Below are positions 63,641-64,000 of a stretch of DNA of 64,000 nt, piece after piece; positions within the stretch are counted from its first letter, which is position 1; the number at the start of each line of letters is the position of its first letter. Below the pieces are notes generated by a model. It was given only the letters and a program-made list of their open reading frames with translations. It was not told the DNA's origin and did no database searches. The position numbers and the translations under genes were made by a program. Source of the DNA: Hypomesus transpacificus (Eukaryota); the NCBI RefSeq assembly GCF_021917145.1, contig NC_061076.1, forward strand, positions 13,160,768 through 13,224,767. Reading direction: 5' to 3'.

Positions 63641-64000
63641 CTAAAACATGCAGGACAGGGGGTCCCGAGGACAAGGGTTGGGAACCACTGGTCTAAACTA
63701 ACCTCCTGTTAGCGAATTAGGAATTATTAGGAACTGTGGGAAAGTGCCTTCGGTTTTAAAAGACACATACATAGAACATGTTTAGAATCGTTACACTCAT
63801 GATGCAGCAATATCAACTTACATCAGTGGGCTCCTCTCCCCTGACCAACACATTGGGAGGTGGCTGCAGGAGTGTGATTGAACCTCCGGCCACTGCAAAA
63901 TGTGACTATGGTTAACCAAATGACTAATTATGAAGGAAACTCATAGAATGAAGTGCACCTACCTTGGACATACGGATTCTCTCCTGCTACCACCTCTCCA

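Overview
This is a transposon-rich eukaryotic window, almost certainly from a teleost fish. Evidence: tRNA-derived SINEs with the fish 'catttagcagacgctcttatccagagcgacttaca' tail, Tc1, piggyBac, Harbinger and hAT DNA transposons, an L2/CR1-like LINE, BEL/Pao fragments, and introns with GT-AG boundaries. The one clear host gene is a complete fructose-bisphosphate aldolase (364 aa, 7 coding exons, plus strand, 50106-52809); its residues are mixed between aldolase A and C. Everything else is mobile-element sequence, satellites or segmental duplication. The elements I consider best supported are below.

- **Tc1:** an apparently intact Tc1-like transposon with a 357-aa DD(E) transposase, ~225-bp inverted-repeat/direct-repeat terminal repeats and TA flanks.
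- **Harbinger:** a two-ORF Harbinger element, with a frameshifted transposase and an intact Myb/SANT-like ORF.
- **THAP + DDE_Tnp_4:** an ISL2EU/Harbinger-like transposase whose THAP exon is joined by a phase-consistent GT-AG intron.
- **YqaJ:** a YqaJ-like nuclease pseudogene.
- **piggyBac:** a piggyBac transposase pseudogene carrying a SINE insertion.
- **Edge Gag:** a Gag-like ORF of at least 408 aa on the minus strand at the window start, which the ORF track omits because it runs off the edge.

The most unusual items are these.

- A ~567-bp non-autonomous DNA transposon family has 'TAGCCTGG' terminal inverted repeats and perfect 9-bp target-site duplications. It carries a CCAAT/CRE promoter and an ORF starting with a RecQ-like helicase motif I. 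Two clean copies and one degenerate copy are present, one of them inserted into a SINE.
- A 4-5 kb segmental duplication occurs twice (12.4-18.4 kb and 33.8-38.3 kb). The two copies are distinguished by later transposon insertions. They carry phase-consistent terminal exons and a polyA signal from an unidentified gene.
- Several related CpG-rich tandem satellites are built around ACGTTGC/CGACGTCG cores.

No prokaryotic-type system (CRISPR, operon) is present.
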